Positions 40,559-51,340 of a stretch of 64,000 nucleotides of DNA are shown here, piece after piece (the first letter of the stretch is position 1; each line of letters starts with the position of its first letter). The DNA is taken from positions 448,001 to 512,000 of the forward strand of contig CAVZZA010000005.1 in assembly GCA_963779615.1 (NCBI GenBank). Direction: 5' to 3'. Source of the DNA: an uncultured Nitrososphaeraceae archaeon. Lineage in GTDB: Archaea > Thermoproteota > Nitrososphaeria > Nitrososphaerales > Nitrososphaeraceae. Below the pieces are notes generated by a model. That model worked only from the letters and a program-made list of their open reading frames with translations. It ran no database searches and was not told the DNA's origin. Both the position numbers and the translations under genes were made by a program.

Positions 40559-41482
40559 TCAGTGGTTCTCTGCTGATTTTGTTTCCTTGGAGGCGCCATC
40601 CCGACCAACATAGTCGCAAAGAGACTTTACCATGGGCCCCATCTTGAAGACTTGGGGCATTACGTCCACATGACAACCATTCTCCTCAAGGGCTTCCCCT
40701 GTGGAGGGGCCAACTGCAGCTACGATGACATTTTCGTTCAGTGAGTCTTTTAGTGAGCTGCTCATGCCGTGAACATTGGCTATTTTGAAAAGATCTCTGA
40801 CGGAGGGGGGGCTTGTGAAGGTTATGGCATCGATATTCCCACCAATAATGTCCTCAATAAGCTTGACGACCTTACCCTCGTCAGGAGCAAGGAATTGAAA
40901 ACCCATTGCCTGTAGTATTGAGGCCCCATCCTTATGAGTCTCAAAAGAGTATGTGTAACTGGACGCTTCGATGATGTTTGATGCCCCTGCCCTGTAAAGA
41001 TCCTCCCTTATCTTTGCTGATTGCTCCTCGCCATGCCACAATATTGCAACAGTCTTCCCGGTTATGTCCCTACCCTTGAGCAGGTTCAGTATGCCTTTAA
41101 GGGTATTTTCCTGTGGTACAAAATCCACTTTAATGCCGAAACTTCTCAGTACCATCTGGGGTTTTGTACTTCTTGCGATGACGGTAACTTTCTTTAAGGA
41201 TGTGAGTAACGCCCCCTCCATTCCGCCACTTCTAGCCAGCGCCATAAGGGAAAAAACGCCTGGCCCGGTCATGAAGACCACATAATCTGCATCCTGTTTC
41301 ACAATCCTGTTGATGAATTCAGTGATGGACTTGTTTGGCTCGCTTAAGTTTGCCTCGATCCCAACGGTTGGGGCAATGTATGGCTTGCCGCCGAAATTCT
41401 CCACAATTCGCGCCAGCTCTGAGGCCCTTCGGCTTCCTGTGATTGCGACAGTTAACCCCCTGAGTGACATGGGGTTATTCAT
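40559..41482 (-). CDS. hemD: Uroporphyrinogen-III synthase
   Basis: VAITGSRRA, FMTGPGV, AITFTSPPSV and AAVGPST..AL motifs. Confidence 0.88.
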   Translation of the reverse strand: MNNPMSLRGLTVAITGSRRASELARIVENFGGKPYIAPTVGIEANLSEPNKSITEFINRIVKQDADYVVFMTGPGVFSLMALARSGGMEGALLTSLKKVTVIARSTKPQMVLRSFGIKVDFVPQENTLKGILNLLKGRDITGKTVAILWHGEEQSAKIREDLYRAGASNIIEASSYTYSFETHKDGASILQAMGFQFLAPDEGKVVKLIEDIIGGNIDAITFTSPPSVRDLFKIANVHGMSSSLKDSLNENVIVAAVGPSTGEALEENGCHVDVMPQVFKMGPMVKSLCDYVGRDGASKETKSAENH

Positions 41483-41818
41483 GTCCTTTCAAAAACTTAA
41501 TCGGATCATGGGAAATAGGGAGATTTAGTGGCATTTGCATCACATTGGACATTGTGAAGATTGATGATATATAGATTGGTTAAACTGCCGTCATTAGCCT
41601 TGCACATTGATGCGCATAACATGTGGCCAGTGACCTGTTGCTGTTGTCCGCTGTTAGATTACGGCTTTTGGATCAACCAGGCGCATGGGGGTTGAAAGTT
41701 AATTTCGGGTCTTTTTGGCTTTTTTTCTCAATTTCAACGGATATACCAGAGATGACACAAATACCGAACCATCATCCTTTGATTGAACTCGTATTCTGAA
41801 TTTCATAACCTGATTTTT

Positions 41819-43021
41819 CTAAGGCCGTTTCTCAAAAAACAGGTTAAGCTCATCTTTATCCAGTTTTGCCCTACTCAGATTCATTCCAATAGTTGCAACA
41901 GGCAATGGCACAACATTTGTGATGTAACCTGTTGGGCCTTTTACCTTTATTGCAAGCTGTTCCCCATAACGGCTGATATCAAAATCGGCCTTTTCGGTAA
42001 AAGGTACTTTCATCTTTATCCTTAACGAAGAATCCCCTTCTTTTAAAAATTCAAATACCTTTCCAGAGTAAAATATCCTTGAAGGATCGTCTTTTCCAAA
42101 TAGGGATTTAGCATTTTCCCCTAGCATTGCTATTCCTCGCAGCTCCTTTTCATACAATCTTGCCTCCTTGACAGGCAAGGGATAAAAATTGGATATGGCC
42201 TCTTCCACCTTTCTGTTCTGAAATTCGGCCCAATTTGCAAAATACTTATCAGAACTCCCCTTTGGCATAATTTTATTGATAATAACAAGGTCGACATTTA
42301 TGCCATATAGGTTGGCAGACATCAAGGCTCTTTTGGCGTTCTCGATGCTAAAGGTGTCTGGATTGGCCACTAACCTCAAACTTGTGGCATGAGAATCAGT
42401 TATCAGTTTTGACAGGGAATCAAGCCTGTCCATTAAATCCAGTTCCTTCTGCAATACATTGGAAGGAGGAAGGTGAGAGGATGAGGAAGAAGGGAAGCCT
42501 GAAAAAGCCTGGAACATTTTTGCAAATCCACTAAATACGCCTGTAAATCCTGTTAATTTTCTTCCAATACTTCCAGCCAACTTTGGAAAGTAAAGATACC
42601 TTAAAGCCTCACCTGATGCGGGCATATCCAACACTATAGCCTCATAGTCACCTTCATGCGTGACTTCTTCAATTTTTAGCAATGAGAATAATTGTGTCAT
42701 GCCTGGGAGCATGGCAAGCTCGTATGACAGCGTTTCATCAACACCTTTTGAAAAGAATGTAGATGCAAGGTATGATAGAATGGAGTTAAAATGCTTGTTT
42801 ATTTCTATAACCGGATCTACCTGCAATGCATACAAATTATCAATAACTTTTGAGGGTTCATTTCCAATGTAATCCATCATAAATGCATCACTTAGTGTAT
42901 GTGCAGGATCTGATGATAGTATCAAAGTCTTGTGATTATTGTCCGCAAGGTTTACAGCAGTAGAACACGACAAGACAGTCTTGCCTGTTCCCCCTTTGCC
43001 AGTATAAATTATTATTCTCAA
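41819..43021 (-). CDS. ArsA/Get3 family ATPase with C-terminal alpha-crystallin (HSP20-like) domain
   Basis: GKGGTGKT, SDPAH, LPGM, DMPASG and IINK motifs; beta-rich C-terminal domain (KVPF..K.DFDISRYGEQLAIKV). Confidence 0.88.
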   Translation of the reverse strand: MRIIIYTGKGGTGKTVLSCSTAVNLADNNHKTLILSSDPAHTLSDAFMMDYIGNEPSKVIDNLYALQVDPVIEINKHFNSILSYLASTFFSKGVDETLSYELAMLPGMTQLFSLLKIEEVTHEGDYEAIVLDMPASGEALRYLYFPKLAGSIGRKLTGFTGVFSGFAKMFQAFSGFPSSSSSHLPPSNVLQKELDLMDRLDSLSKLITDSHATSLRLVANPDTFSIENAKRALMSANLYGINVDLVIINKIMPKGSSDKYFANWAEFQNRKVEEAISNFYPLPVKEARLYEKELRGIAMLGENAKSLFGKDDPSRIFYSGKVFEFLKEGDSSLRIKMKVPFTEKADFDISRYGEQLAIKVKGPTGYITNVVPLPVATIGMNLSRAKLDKDELNLFFEKRP

Positions 43022-43825
43022 TAAAGAACATACACTACAAAAGACATTAAAAAATCTGTCAGTTTTCTTAGCGACTCAAAAGACAGGCAGAATCAGCCAC
43101 ACAGTGACAACGGGCACCTTTACACTACATTCTGCCTTCCAAATCAACGCAACTAGAACGGACTTGAACCCAAGAATGCACCATGCCAACAAAAGAGTAT
43201 TGTGAATTGAATTCCGTTGCCGGTTCAACCTATATTCTTTTGGTATTCAAGTTATCCAAACATGCATAAAGCTCAACATTAACTTTGAATCCACTAAAAG
43301 TTGTTATATTTAACTATCAACCCTCTTTAGGTTGACATGTCATTATTTTGAACTCCATCTTTTTTAATCATAGGAGATTCAGAAAATGTGACAATCGGCA
43401 TCTGTTTTGGCACATTATTTTTGTCTACTAGTGTTGCCACTCTGGCTTATAGGTTAGGGTATTAGTTATGGCGGTTGGGGCAAGGATCACGGAGGTCAGA
43501 GGTTGAGCCATGGTGGTGGTTACAGAGGCTGTGGCTGTGGGAGAGGCCTGGAGGTCCCCGAGAGGGGGGGTTGTGGCTGTGAGAGATGTTGTGGTGGCGG
43601 CAGGGGTTGTGGCATAGGTTGGGTTATCTGGTTCACTACACTTAATGAGTTACTCAGAGTTACTCACTACAAGCATACCAAATTTTTAGGCCTTTATAAA
43701 GGAATTGCAATATAAATAACTGATAACATTGAAGGCTTCGCCTTATTTTTGTTCACTGCCATAAGGAGAGCAGCAGGAGGGGGAATGCCCTCCGTCATAA
43801 TAGGCTGGTACACGGCAATCAATGA

Positions 43826-44440
43826 GAGATATACGACAGGTCACACAATACAATATATAGCCCCCAAACACCAGGAGAACCATCTCTTGGGTATCCCAAA
43901 TCAAAGGATATTATCGACAGCATCGGCAGCAATGTCTTTCAGGATAAGGGTAAAAAATTCAATAACACAGGTAAATACGACCAACAACCCATTCTCAAGA
44001 AAGCCAAGAATAATATGGATGTCAAAAGTGGACAGGACTATCTTTTTTATGAAGAAGTTGGAAAAATAGGCCCTTTAACCGAAATACTTGAAGATATGCT
44101 ATCAAACTATCCTCAAAACACAAAGAAGAGCGTTTCAGAAATAATGCTAAGCTGTGCTTTGGCATCTCAAGATCCAGCACAGAATTATCTTGAAAACTTA
44201 TCATGGTTCAGAAATATAATATACTCTGACAAGTTTGCAGAATGTATTTCATCCTTTTGTAACATGCCAAAGGCTTCGGCTAATGAAATCCTAAGGAACT
44301 CAATTTTAAGGAAATATAGAGAGGGCAGATCGACTAGAAATGGAGATAATCAATACCCTTCATCTCACTCGCCCCCACCACCTCCCTCCTTTACTGACTT
44401 TTTAAACAATTCCAGCGCTTTAAAATCAAAGGGATCCTGA
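43826..44440 (+). CDS. Hypothetical protein (start uncertain, possibly frameshifted at the 5' end)
   Basis: The frame of track ORF 44015 is open 63 codons further upstream to 43826, and an ATG at 43822 is one base out of frame. The 3' end overlaps the convergent LLM gene. Confidence 0.45.
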   Translation, partial: EIYDRSHNTIYSPQTPGEPSLGYPKSKDIIDSIGSNVFQDKGKKFNNTGKYDQQPILKKAKNNMDVKSGQDYLFYEEVGKIGPLTEILEDMLSNYPQNTKKSVSEIMLSCALASQDPAQNYLENLSWFRNIIYSDKFAECISSFCNMPKASANEILRNSILRKYREGRSTRNGDNQYPSSHSPPPPPSFTDFLNNSSALKSKGS

Positions 44441-45357
44441 AAGGCAAGGAAGAACTGGTCTACGCCTGCATCTGTATATTCTTTAACTCTTTTTGATATG
44501 GCATCAGGTTTACCGACAAGGCCATTGTTTAAGATTTGATTGTACACTGCGGGTCCCCTTTCCATTGCAAACATCCTTTTCTTATACTCCAGATCACTGT
44601 CAGTTTCGGCAATTAAAACATCAAGTTCAATTGATTTTGCTATTTTTTTATTGTTTTTGCCCTTGTCACCATTATTAACACTTTGTACAATTCTTTCAAA
44701 ATTAGCTCTCAGTGTAGAAAATTGTTGAGGCGACAGGTATGAGGATTCCCAAATGTCCCCATATAATGCCGCCAGATGCATCATTTTGTTTTTCTTTGCA
44801 GCAACCGTTATTGGAATTTTTTTTAAAGGCGGTTTAAAAGTAGCCCCGTTTATTCTGAAATACTCGCCATTAAACTTTACAGGGGAGGGCAATGGGGACG
44901 AGGTAGGTATAGATGAGGAAGGTTTATCTCCAAGTAACATTTTCAGGGTCCTAATACCTTCCTCAAATATCAAGACCCTTTTCCCTTTTTCAGGGTAATC
45001 TATACCGTAGGGATACCACCATTGGACGGCATATTGAAGAGTTGCTCCCGCACCGGTTCTAAACTCAAGCCTCCCATCAGATACATCTTGCAGGGTAATC
45101 GCTTGTTTGGCAATTAATGCAAGACTCCTATATTGAGGCAGCAGGTAGGTTATGACAGGGCCTAATCTTATCCGCTTAGTTAGAGATGACAGGGCAGATA
45201 TAACAGTCCAGCAATCCAAGTCCAAATCTGCAAGAGATTCGCCATAAAAGAACCCATGGTAACCGAGATCTTCAGCCAATAAGCAGGTTTCTTTAATTTT
45301 GGCATAATCTGTACCCCAGATTTCAAGGCAAAACCTTACATCCTTTTCTTCGGTCAA
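44365..45357 (-). CDS. LLM-class flavin (probably F420)-dependent oxidoreductase
   Basis: AEDLGYHGFF, TKRIRLG, AKQAITLQDVSDGRLE, FNGEYF and LVGKPD...YTDAGVD motifs. Confidence 0.9.
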   Translation of the reverse strand: MTEEKDVRFCLEIWGTDYAKIKETCLLAEDLGYHGFFYGESLADLDLDCWTVISALSSLTKRIRLGPVITYLLPQYRSLALIAKQAITLQDVSDGRLEFRTGAGATLQYAVQWWYPYGIDYPEKGKRVLIFEEGIRTLKMLLGDKPSSSIPTSSPLPSPVKFNGEYFRINGATFKPPLKKIPITVAAKKNKMMHLAALYGDIWESSYLSPQQFSTLRANFERIVQSVNNGDKGKNNKKIAKSIELDVLIAETDSDLEYKKRMFAMERGPAVYNQILNNGLVGKPDAISKRVKEYTDAGVDQFFLAFQDPFDFKALELFKKSVKEGGGGGE

Positions 45358-47784
45358 AGAACATATTTTCAGAGTATTCCTATATAACGCAATCTTTTTT
45401 TTTGATAATATTGATCAAGATATCATACCAAAGAAATATTTTGGTAACATCATTGGTTAGACTGTTTTCATCTAGAGTAGTTTTTCCTTCTATAACACGA
45501 TAGACTACATATATATCGAAAATATATATCAAGTAATTTGTCCCAAAATGGCATGTTGATGGAAAGAATCAGATTCCTAGATTCATTTGCCCACTATATT
45601 TTCCATAAGTATCAAACATAATGCCTGAACCTAGGGAATACTTTCTAGGTAAGAACTTAATTAGTAAATTTTTTAATAGATTTTAATTTGCTGTTCCTTT
45701 TGTAACATTATGATTGATTAAATTAGTAATTTAGTTGATTTCTGCTTTTATATTTAAGGATATGCCTTTATAATGTGCTGACTATACATCCTTACTTTCA
45801 GTTTGGCCCTGTTCAGGTTTATCTTTGGCGATAGTTTAAACTATTAATTAGCAAAGTATTAAAATTACTTTTCTAATCAATAATCTATTCTTATCTTGTA
45901 ATCTCATTGGGATTGGTAGAAAATTTCTCTATCTTTGATGGTGGTGTACAATTTGATTTCTGAACCTTGTGTTGCATCCATATTTGTTCTTTTTTCAAAG
46001 ACATATTAATTGTAATTTGATCGCTATCTTTGTATGACGACTTTTTATCTAGAGAATTTATTGGATTTCTGAGTAAAGTAATTACCTATCGTAATACTTT
46101 GATAGGTTAGTAACGAAAGGTAGACTCCTATTAAGCAGAACAGATGTTTTGGTTAGGCTTGCAGTTATTTGGTGGCGATTATTTTGGTAGATGGTTTGCA
46201 TTTGGGATTTATAACGGTTAGCCACACTCCTTTTTGTATTCCTGCAGTTCATCCATCGCCTTTTTATGGAGTTGAATGTAAGCAATATGATCCTTGGCCA
46301 ATTTGAAATGCCATTCCCTGTTCTCCTGCTCCTGTCATTTTATCAATAAGTCAAGGCAAGACTTTTCTATTCAGTCGTTGTTTTTAGAGCAATGTGTCTT
46401 TGGGTGTTTACTGTATTCGAGTATTTGATACAAGCTTCCTTATAGTTTGGCCTTACAAGCTCTTCTCGAGCCTCGTCAACTGCCTTAATGACTTTACCCT
46501 TTTTGATACTGGTACAGTGTTATTATCCACCATACAAAAAACTGTTACTTTTTAAATGTCGGTCAATAATATTATTTGAAAGGTCAAGATTTTGTCTATA
46601 TTCCAGTAACCATCTTATTTTCCTTTTATCCTAATCTGATTGTTGTTCCTTTACTTTTATGGATTCTAATTAAATTACTTAATTTAAACATGATAATCAA
46701 GGGCTGTAAATAGCCACATAATCCAGTCAATGTTATCAATGTGAATTTCTCTGCATCAAAATAAAAATATGTTTTGGGTGGATGAAGCATTTACAAAATA
46801 ACAGTTACAATACCATAAAAATTTTAACAGGATTTGAATATCCGCATTCCATGCAATGTGCGACAAGGAAGAACCATGGGTCTCAGTTTTGGTAAGTACC
46901 CCTGTAAAGATACTTACCTCCGTGAGTGTAGTGGAGTTTGACTGAGGCCCATAGCAATGATGTACTAAATACGGTCCAGATTTGCATGAGGTGTGTTTGG
47001 TATGTGACTTGACTTGCTCAAGGGATGGCGTGTATATGCAATATATGTATACATATTACGGTAGTTAAACGCTATATATAAAATTATTACAGGATATAGC
47101 ATCTTTTTATAATTATATTTTCTTTTAATGGGGTATTGTTATAAATATTAATCTTTGACAACCGTCAAATTCAATAAAATAATATGACGATTTTTCCAAA
47201 AACACTCAATTTCTGCATGCTTCTAAAATCATATTGTTTAGGAACAGTTAAAGGAACTCTTTACTTTAATGGCAAACAGGTAAACTATTGAGATTTGTTG
47301 CTATGAGTTATGGTAATGACATTTTATTATAGTGAGATGATAAATTATAATTTGATATTGTAAATATATCCATATTTAAGAACGAAGCATGAATTATTTA
47401 TTAAAAGGATATTGTAAAATATTTTCCATCTATTCAAGAAATTTACTGATAGTTATAATAAATAGAAAATACGTTGCTTTGGGGACACTTGAAGATAATA
47501 TAACATATTTAACATAGAGATTTTTTTCATTAACTTATAGAGATTTATAATATTAAAGCTCAAATCAGACTAGACTGCCGTGTTGCATACTCTTGTTTTA
47601 TTGCAATTATTGATACTTTTACTAAACAACACGCACCGCAAGACCAAACCTATTTCTGCTTTTGAGACTCGTTATGATGGATGAAGAAGCAAACAAAAAG
47701 CATGACACCTGGGAGATATGTGCGCATTACACGCATTGTTTTGCGCATATCAATACCATAATAACCAATACCAATGCACTATAG

Positions 47785-48441
47785 TTGATTAACTGTCAAA
47801 TGACGTTTGGGATATTTAAAGAAATTGAGAGGCTTGTGGAGTACATTCCTGTTGAAACCCATGCCGAGGGCATTGGCAGGCTCACGGGCAACACGGATAT
47901 CGACACACAGTTTTATTTTGAGGACCTGGACGGAATTGCCGCAAGGCTGGGTGTGCTGGAGATGGGTAAAAACACAATAAGCTTAAGGGATGTTGTCAAA
48001 CTACTGAACAAGTTTCTGAAGGATGCCGCAATCGAGGAGATGGTGGAAAGCCCCCGACGCTACAGGCAGTTGCAGGCCAGTGGTTCGGGACAGCCGCTAA
48101 AGAACCTGCTGTTTGACTTCAGCCTATCCGCACTGGCAGGTGACTACATAGACGCCAAGCTATACCTTACACACTCCTTTTACATCCTTGGGCTTAGGCG
48201 GAGGCTGGTTTTGCTGCTGTCAATCATAGTCAACGAGCCTGAACACACCAACGACAGGGACGTCAGGAAGCTTCTTACGTACCTTGCGCTGATGTCAGAG
48301 CCAAACAACGTGGATGTTCATTTTGACATGAACAATAACGGGTTTAGCTCAAGATACAGCATGTACCTGCGGGAACTGCAAAAGGTTTCCCCAAGCAATA
48401 TCGATTTGACACTCGCCAACTTTGCCCAAGTTAAAAACTAG
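47785..48441 (+). CDS. Hypothetical protein, GC-richer than its flanks
   Basis: 218-aa uninterrupted ORF with G/C-ending codons in very AT-rich surroundings. Likely start is ATG 47800. No family recognised. Confidence 0.7.
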   Translation: MINCQMTFGIFKEIERLVEYIPVETHAEGIGRLTGNTDIDTQFYFEDLDGIAARLGVLEMGKNTISLRDVVKLLNKFLKDAAIEEMVESPRRYRQLQASGSGQPLKNLLFDFSLSALAGDYIDAKLYLTHSFYILGLRRRLVLLLSIIVNEPEHTNDRDVRKLLTYLALMSEPNNVDVHFDMNNNGFSSRYSMYLRELQKVSPSNIDLTLANFAQVKN

Positions 48442-48810
48442 CGTGCTGAACCCCGGGTTTTAATTTGTTTGATTTACTGCTTTACTAATTTTATAGAAAA
48501 AAAAATCGCTCGTTATTGAGGTCGTGTTTCGACTTGAAATGAATTTGATGCCATTTAAACAATCATTATTCCAAAGTAAAGAAAAAGTTTTTGGAAATTT
48601 GCATTTTTATTACTAAATATGTTATCCAATTTTTAAAAATGCAGTTTTTTCTGTTTATATGAATTACTTATTCATCAAGATAACAAGTCCCTAGTGGATA
48701 GGAATATCATTTATCCAATAAAATTCTTAAAAATATCTAAAAAAAACACAAATCCAAAACTGCACTTTTCCCTTATTTTTAAATTATTAAATATGTTTTT
48801 TATTTAAGAC

Positions 48811-48922
48811 ATATGCGTAACTTGCATATACATTATATAAAAAATATGCTATACAAAGTAAATATATGCAAATTTCACATATATTTTACATTTTTTTCAT
48901 ATTTTTTAGATAAATTTAAATA
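48811..48922 (+). promoter_or_regulatory. Two ATATGC-N7-RCATAT palindromes plus TATA box upstream of the copper-storage gene
   Basis: ATATGCgtaacttGCATAT (48811-48829), ATATGCaaatttcACATAT (48864-48882) and TTTAAATA (48915-48922), about 23 nt before the ATG. Confidence 0.5.
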
Positions 48923-48944
48923 GCTTCCGGGGCACACTAAACTA

Positions 48945-49313
48945 ATGAACAATACAACTATTTCCATGTTAAAAAACCAGCAGTACTCTGGCTGCATCCA
49001 AAGCTGCAACGAGTGCATGATGGCCTGTGAGGCCTGCTGCACCGAATGCATGACCACGTCAAACACCCAGATGGCTGGGATGATGGGAAGGTGCATGATG
49101 ATGTGCAGGGACTGCGCCGACATGTGCAGGATGGCATCCATGATGATGTGCAGGGGAAGCGAGTACGCAAAGCAGGTGTGCAACATGTGCGCCGACATGT
49201 GCGAGGCATGCGCAATGGAGTGCGAGAAGATGGGCGACAAGATGGAGGTGTGCAAGCAGTGCGCCGACATGTGCAGGAAATGCGCACAGGAATGCAGAAG
49301 CATGATGAGGTAA
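48945..49313 (+). CDS. Four-helix bundle copper-binding/storage protein (Csp3/DUF326-like)
   Basis: Repeated CxxxCxxCxxxC helices; 22 Cys and about 24 Met in 122 aa; no signal peptide; GC-rich codons. Confidence 0.9.
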   Translation: MNNTTISMLKNQQYSGCIQSCNECMMACEACCTECMTTSNTQMAGMMGRCMMMCRDCADMCRMASMMMCRGSEYAKQVCNMCADMCEACAMECEKMGDKMEVCKQCADMCRKCAQECRSMMR

Positions 49314-49465
49314 CTCCTTTATTTTTTTTAGTTTATTGAAAAAAACAATACATCACAAAGAAAATCAAATATTTACACCCATTTTTGTTTTAAAGAATGC
49401 AGGTGTTTTTAGATATCCAAACCAAAAAACCACTGTCTTAATTTAATACATAGAGAACAAAAAAA

Positions 49466-49508
49466 TTGATTAGAGGGGGCATTAATATGTTACTGCCCCT
49501 CTAATCAA
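49466..49508. other. Strong inverted repeat / hairpin
   Basis: TTGATTAGAGGGG(G)CA...TGCCCCTCTAATCAA, about 15-bp stem with a single bulge. Confidence 0.6.
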
Positions 49509-50381
49509 ATGCATGTTCTTTTACAACTCAATTGAATTGTAAGTATTTTTATTAACAGGTTGTCAACAATATTACAATTCTCATGTATGACATTTTTACC
49601 ATACCCATAACATTATTGCATACATTTTGCAATTAATGTTAAATACCATTTTTTACAAAATTTAACTGCTTTATAACGAAGGTATCAAATGGATTTTTTT
49701 TATTTATTAATACCAATGCACTGTGTTTAGACGAATGGTATCGATAAATGGAAATTTTCATGACTGAACATGATATAGCAGGCTAAAATAATAATTGGTA
49801 TTGAATCAAAATTGTTCTGGCTGGCGCAATAACCTTGAGATATGGATAATTCGCAGGGAATATGAAAGAAAAGAAATGATATATCATATATGGTCTAAAG
49901 TAAATTGTAAAATAAATTATATGGAATCGAATATTGATTAGAATTGTATTTCATTAACAGTTGAATTTATCAAAATAAAAAAAAATTTTTTAATAATACC
50001 AATTCCTTTCGATCAAATACAATTTTATTGTTCTTTCCAACGAAAAAAAGAAAAATCAATTGACTTTAAAACACAATAGTCGCACATTATGAACCCCATT
50101 GTATCATCGCAATAAATTATTACAGGTATCGCATAGCCATAAAGAATACTCACCGAGGTATCTCTGTTATTGCATGAGATTACCATCCCATAATCTTCCA
50201 AGATCGATAGAACGTATATTCAATTGAATGATTTATTTTGTTGTATTATAAAGATAAGAATCTGTATATGAGGAAAATGAACTAACAATAACAAAAAACA
50301 TCTGCAAAATTTGCATATGTAGTGACAAAATGACACATTAGAAATTAGTTATATTGCCAAAGTACAGTACATAAGATGTAA

Positions 50382-50606
50382 ATGAGTCTTGTCCATAGAC
50401 AAATAAACACGTTATTGGAAACAAATGGTTCAAACAACAATGGCATTAGTCTGCCATTCAAACATCTTTTAAAGTGCAAATCTTGCTTGTGGAAGATAAC
50501 CTTTTACGAATCAACAGGCAGTATACGTCTTAACAGTGAAAACATGCGATGCCCCATGTGCAAAGAGAGAGAAACAAAATCGGCAATAGCAAGGATAATC
50601 TCATGA
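50382..50606 (+). CDS. Small zinc-ribbon protein
   Basis: CKSCLW...RCPMC two-CxxC pattern; TATA-like box upstream. Confidence 0.65.
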   Translation: MSLVHRQINTLLETNGSNNNGISLPFKHLLKCKSCLWKITFYESTGSIRLNSENMRCPMCKERETKSAIARIIS

Positions 50607-51007
50607 ATTGTTTCTCTTTTTTTGAATTGAGCAAATGCTGCAAATAATCCAAACAACACATTATCCACCCAAGCTGTTTGCAACAACAGTTTGGTCATTT
50701 TAAACCAATTTCCTGAAATTTAGGTTAAATTATAAATTAATAGCTCAAAAGATTTTTTTGTGCCTGTACCTAAGAACCCTTCTCCGGGGCATTAACAAAA
50801 TAATTACATTTGGCTTATTGACACAATTTATCCATTCTAACAACATTCTCAAATGAAACTGGTACTATCATATGGACTGATATTTTTTATTCGCGATAAA
50901 TCTTATTCGTTGACAGTACTAATTATTTGGATAACAAATACACACATAATCAAAATATTTTGCGCATTTAAAAATACTCTAATACAGAACATCACCATAA
51001 TAAGGTA

Positions 51008-51340
51008 ATGTCAAAAATAAAAAACTATTTCGCATTTGCATCGGCAATATTGTTGGTAACCACAATACTTGTGGCCAACCCCCTAAGCTTGGCGGCTGCC
51101 CAGCAACCCTTGAACGCAACCGGGGCAAATCAATCTAACATCAACGTAGAACAAAAAATAAGTGAAATAAGATCGCAGTTTCCGTTGTTAAGCCAGGATA
51201 CCTCAGTGAGTGATGTAATTCACAAAGTTCAGGGTTTGGATAAAGACAATGCACTCAAAACACTTGCAGCCTTCCACATATTGAGGAACCTACAAGAGTA
51301 CCAGGCACTTGAAACAGGAGGCACAAATAGTACTGGTTAA
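51008..51340 (+). CDS. Secreted hypothetical protein
   Basis: Sec-type signal (MSKIKN + hydrophobic stretch + AAA-QQ), N-x-T/S sites; TTTAAAA box upstream. Confidence 0.75.
   Translation: MSKIKNYFAFASAILLVTTILVANPLSLAAAQQPLNATGANQSNINVEQKISEIRSQFPLLSQDTSVSDVIHKVQGLDKDNALKTLAAFHILRNLQEYQALETGGTNSTG

Noticed and set aside
43155-43180. tRNA T-loop-like GGTTCAAGTCC on the minus strand
   Set aside because: No acceptor, D or anticodon stems can be built around it.
43749-44069. 106-aa track ORF
   Set aside because: It overlaps the longer open frame 43826-44440, which looks more protein-like; it cannot be supported separately.
45400-46700. Possible genes in the AT-rich tract (including track ORF 46082-46285)
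   Set aside because: Only short stop-riddled fragments with no recognisable family; at most a highly decayed remnant.
48875-49339. Alternative-frame and antisense ORFs over the Csp gene (His-rich 142 aa, 109 aa, 97 aa)
   Set aside because: These are shadows of the repetitive TGC/ATG-rich coding sequence.
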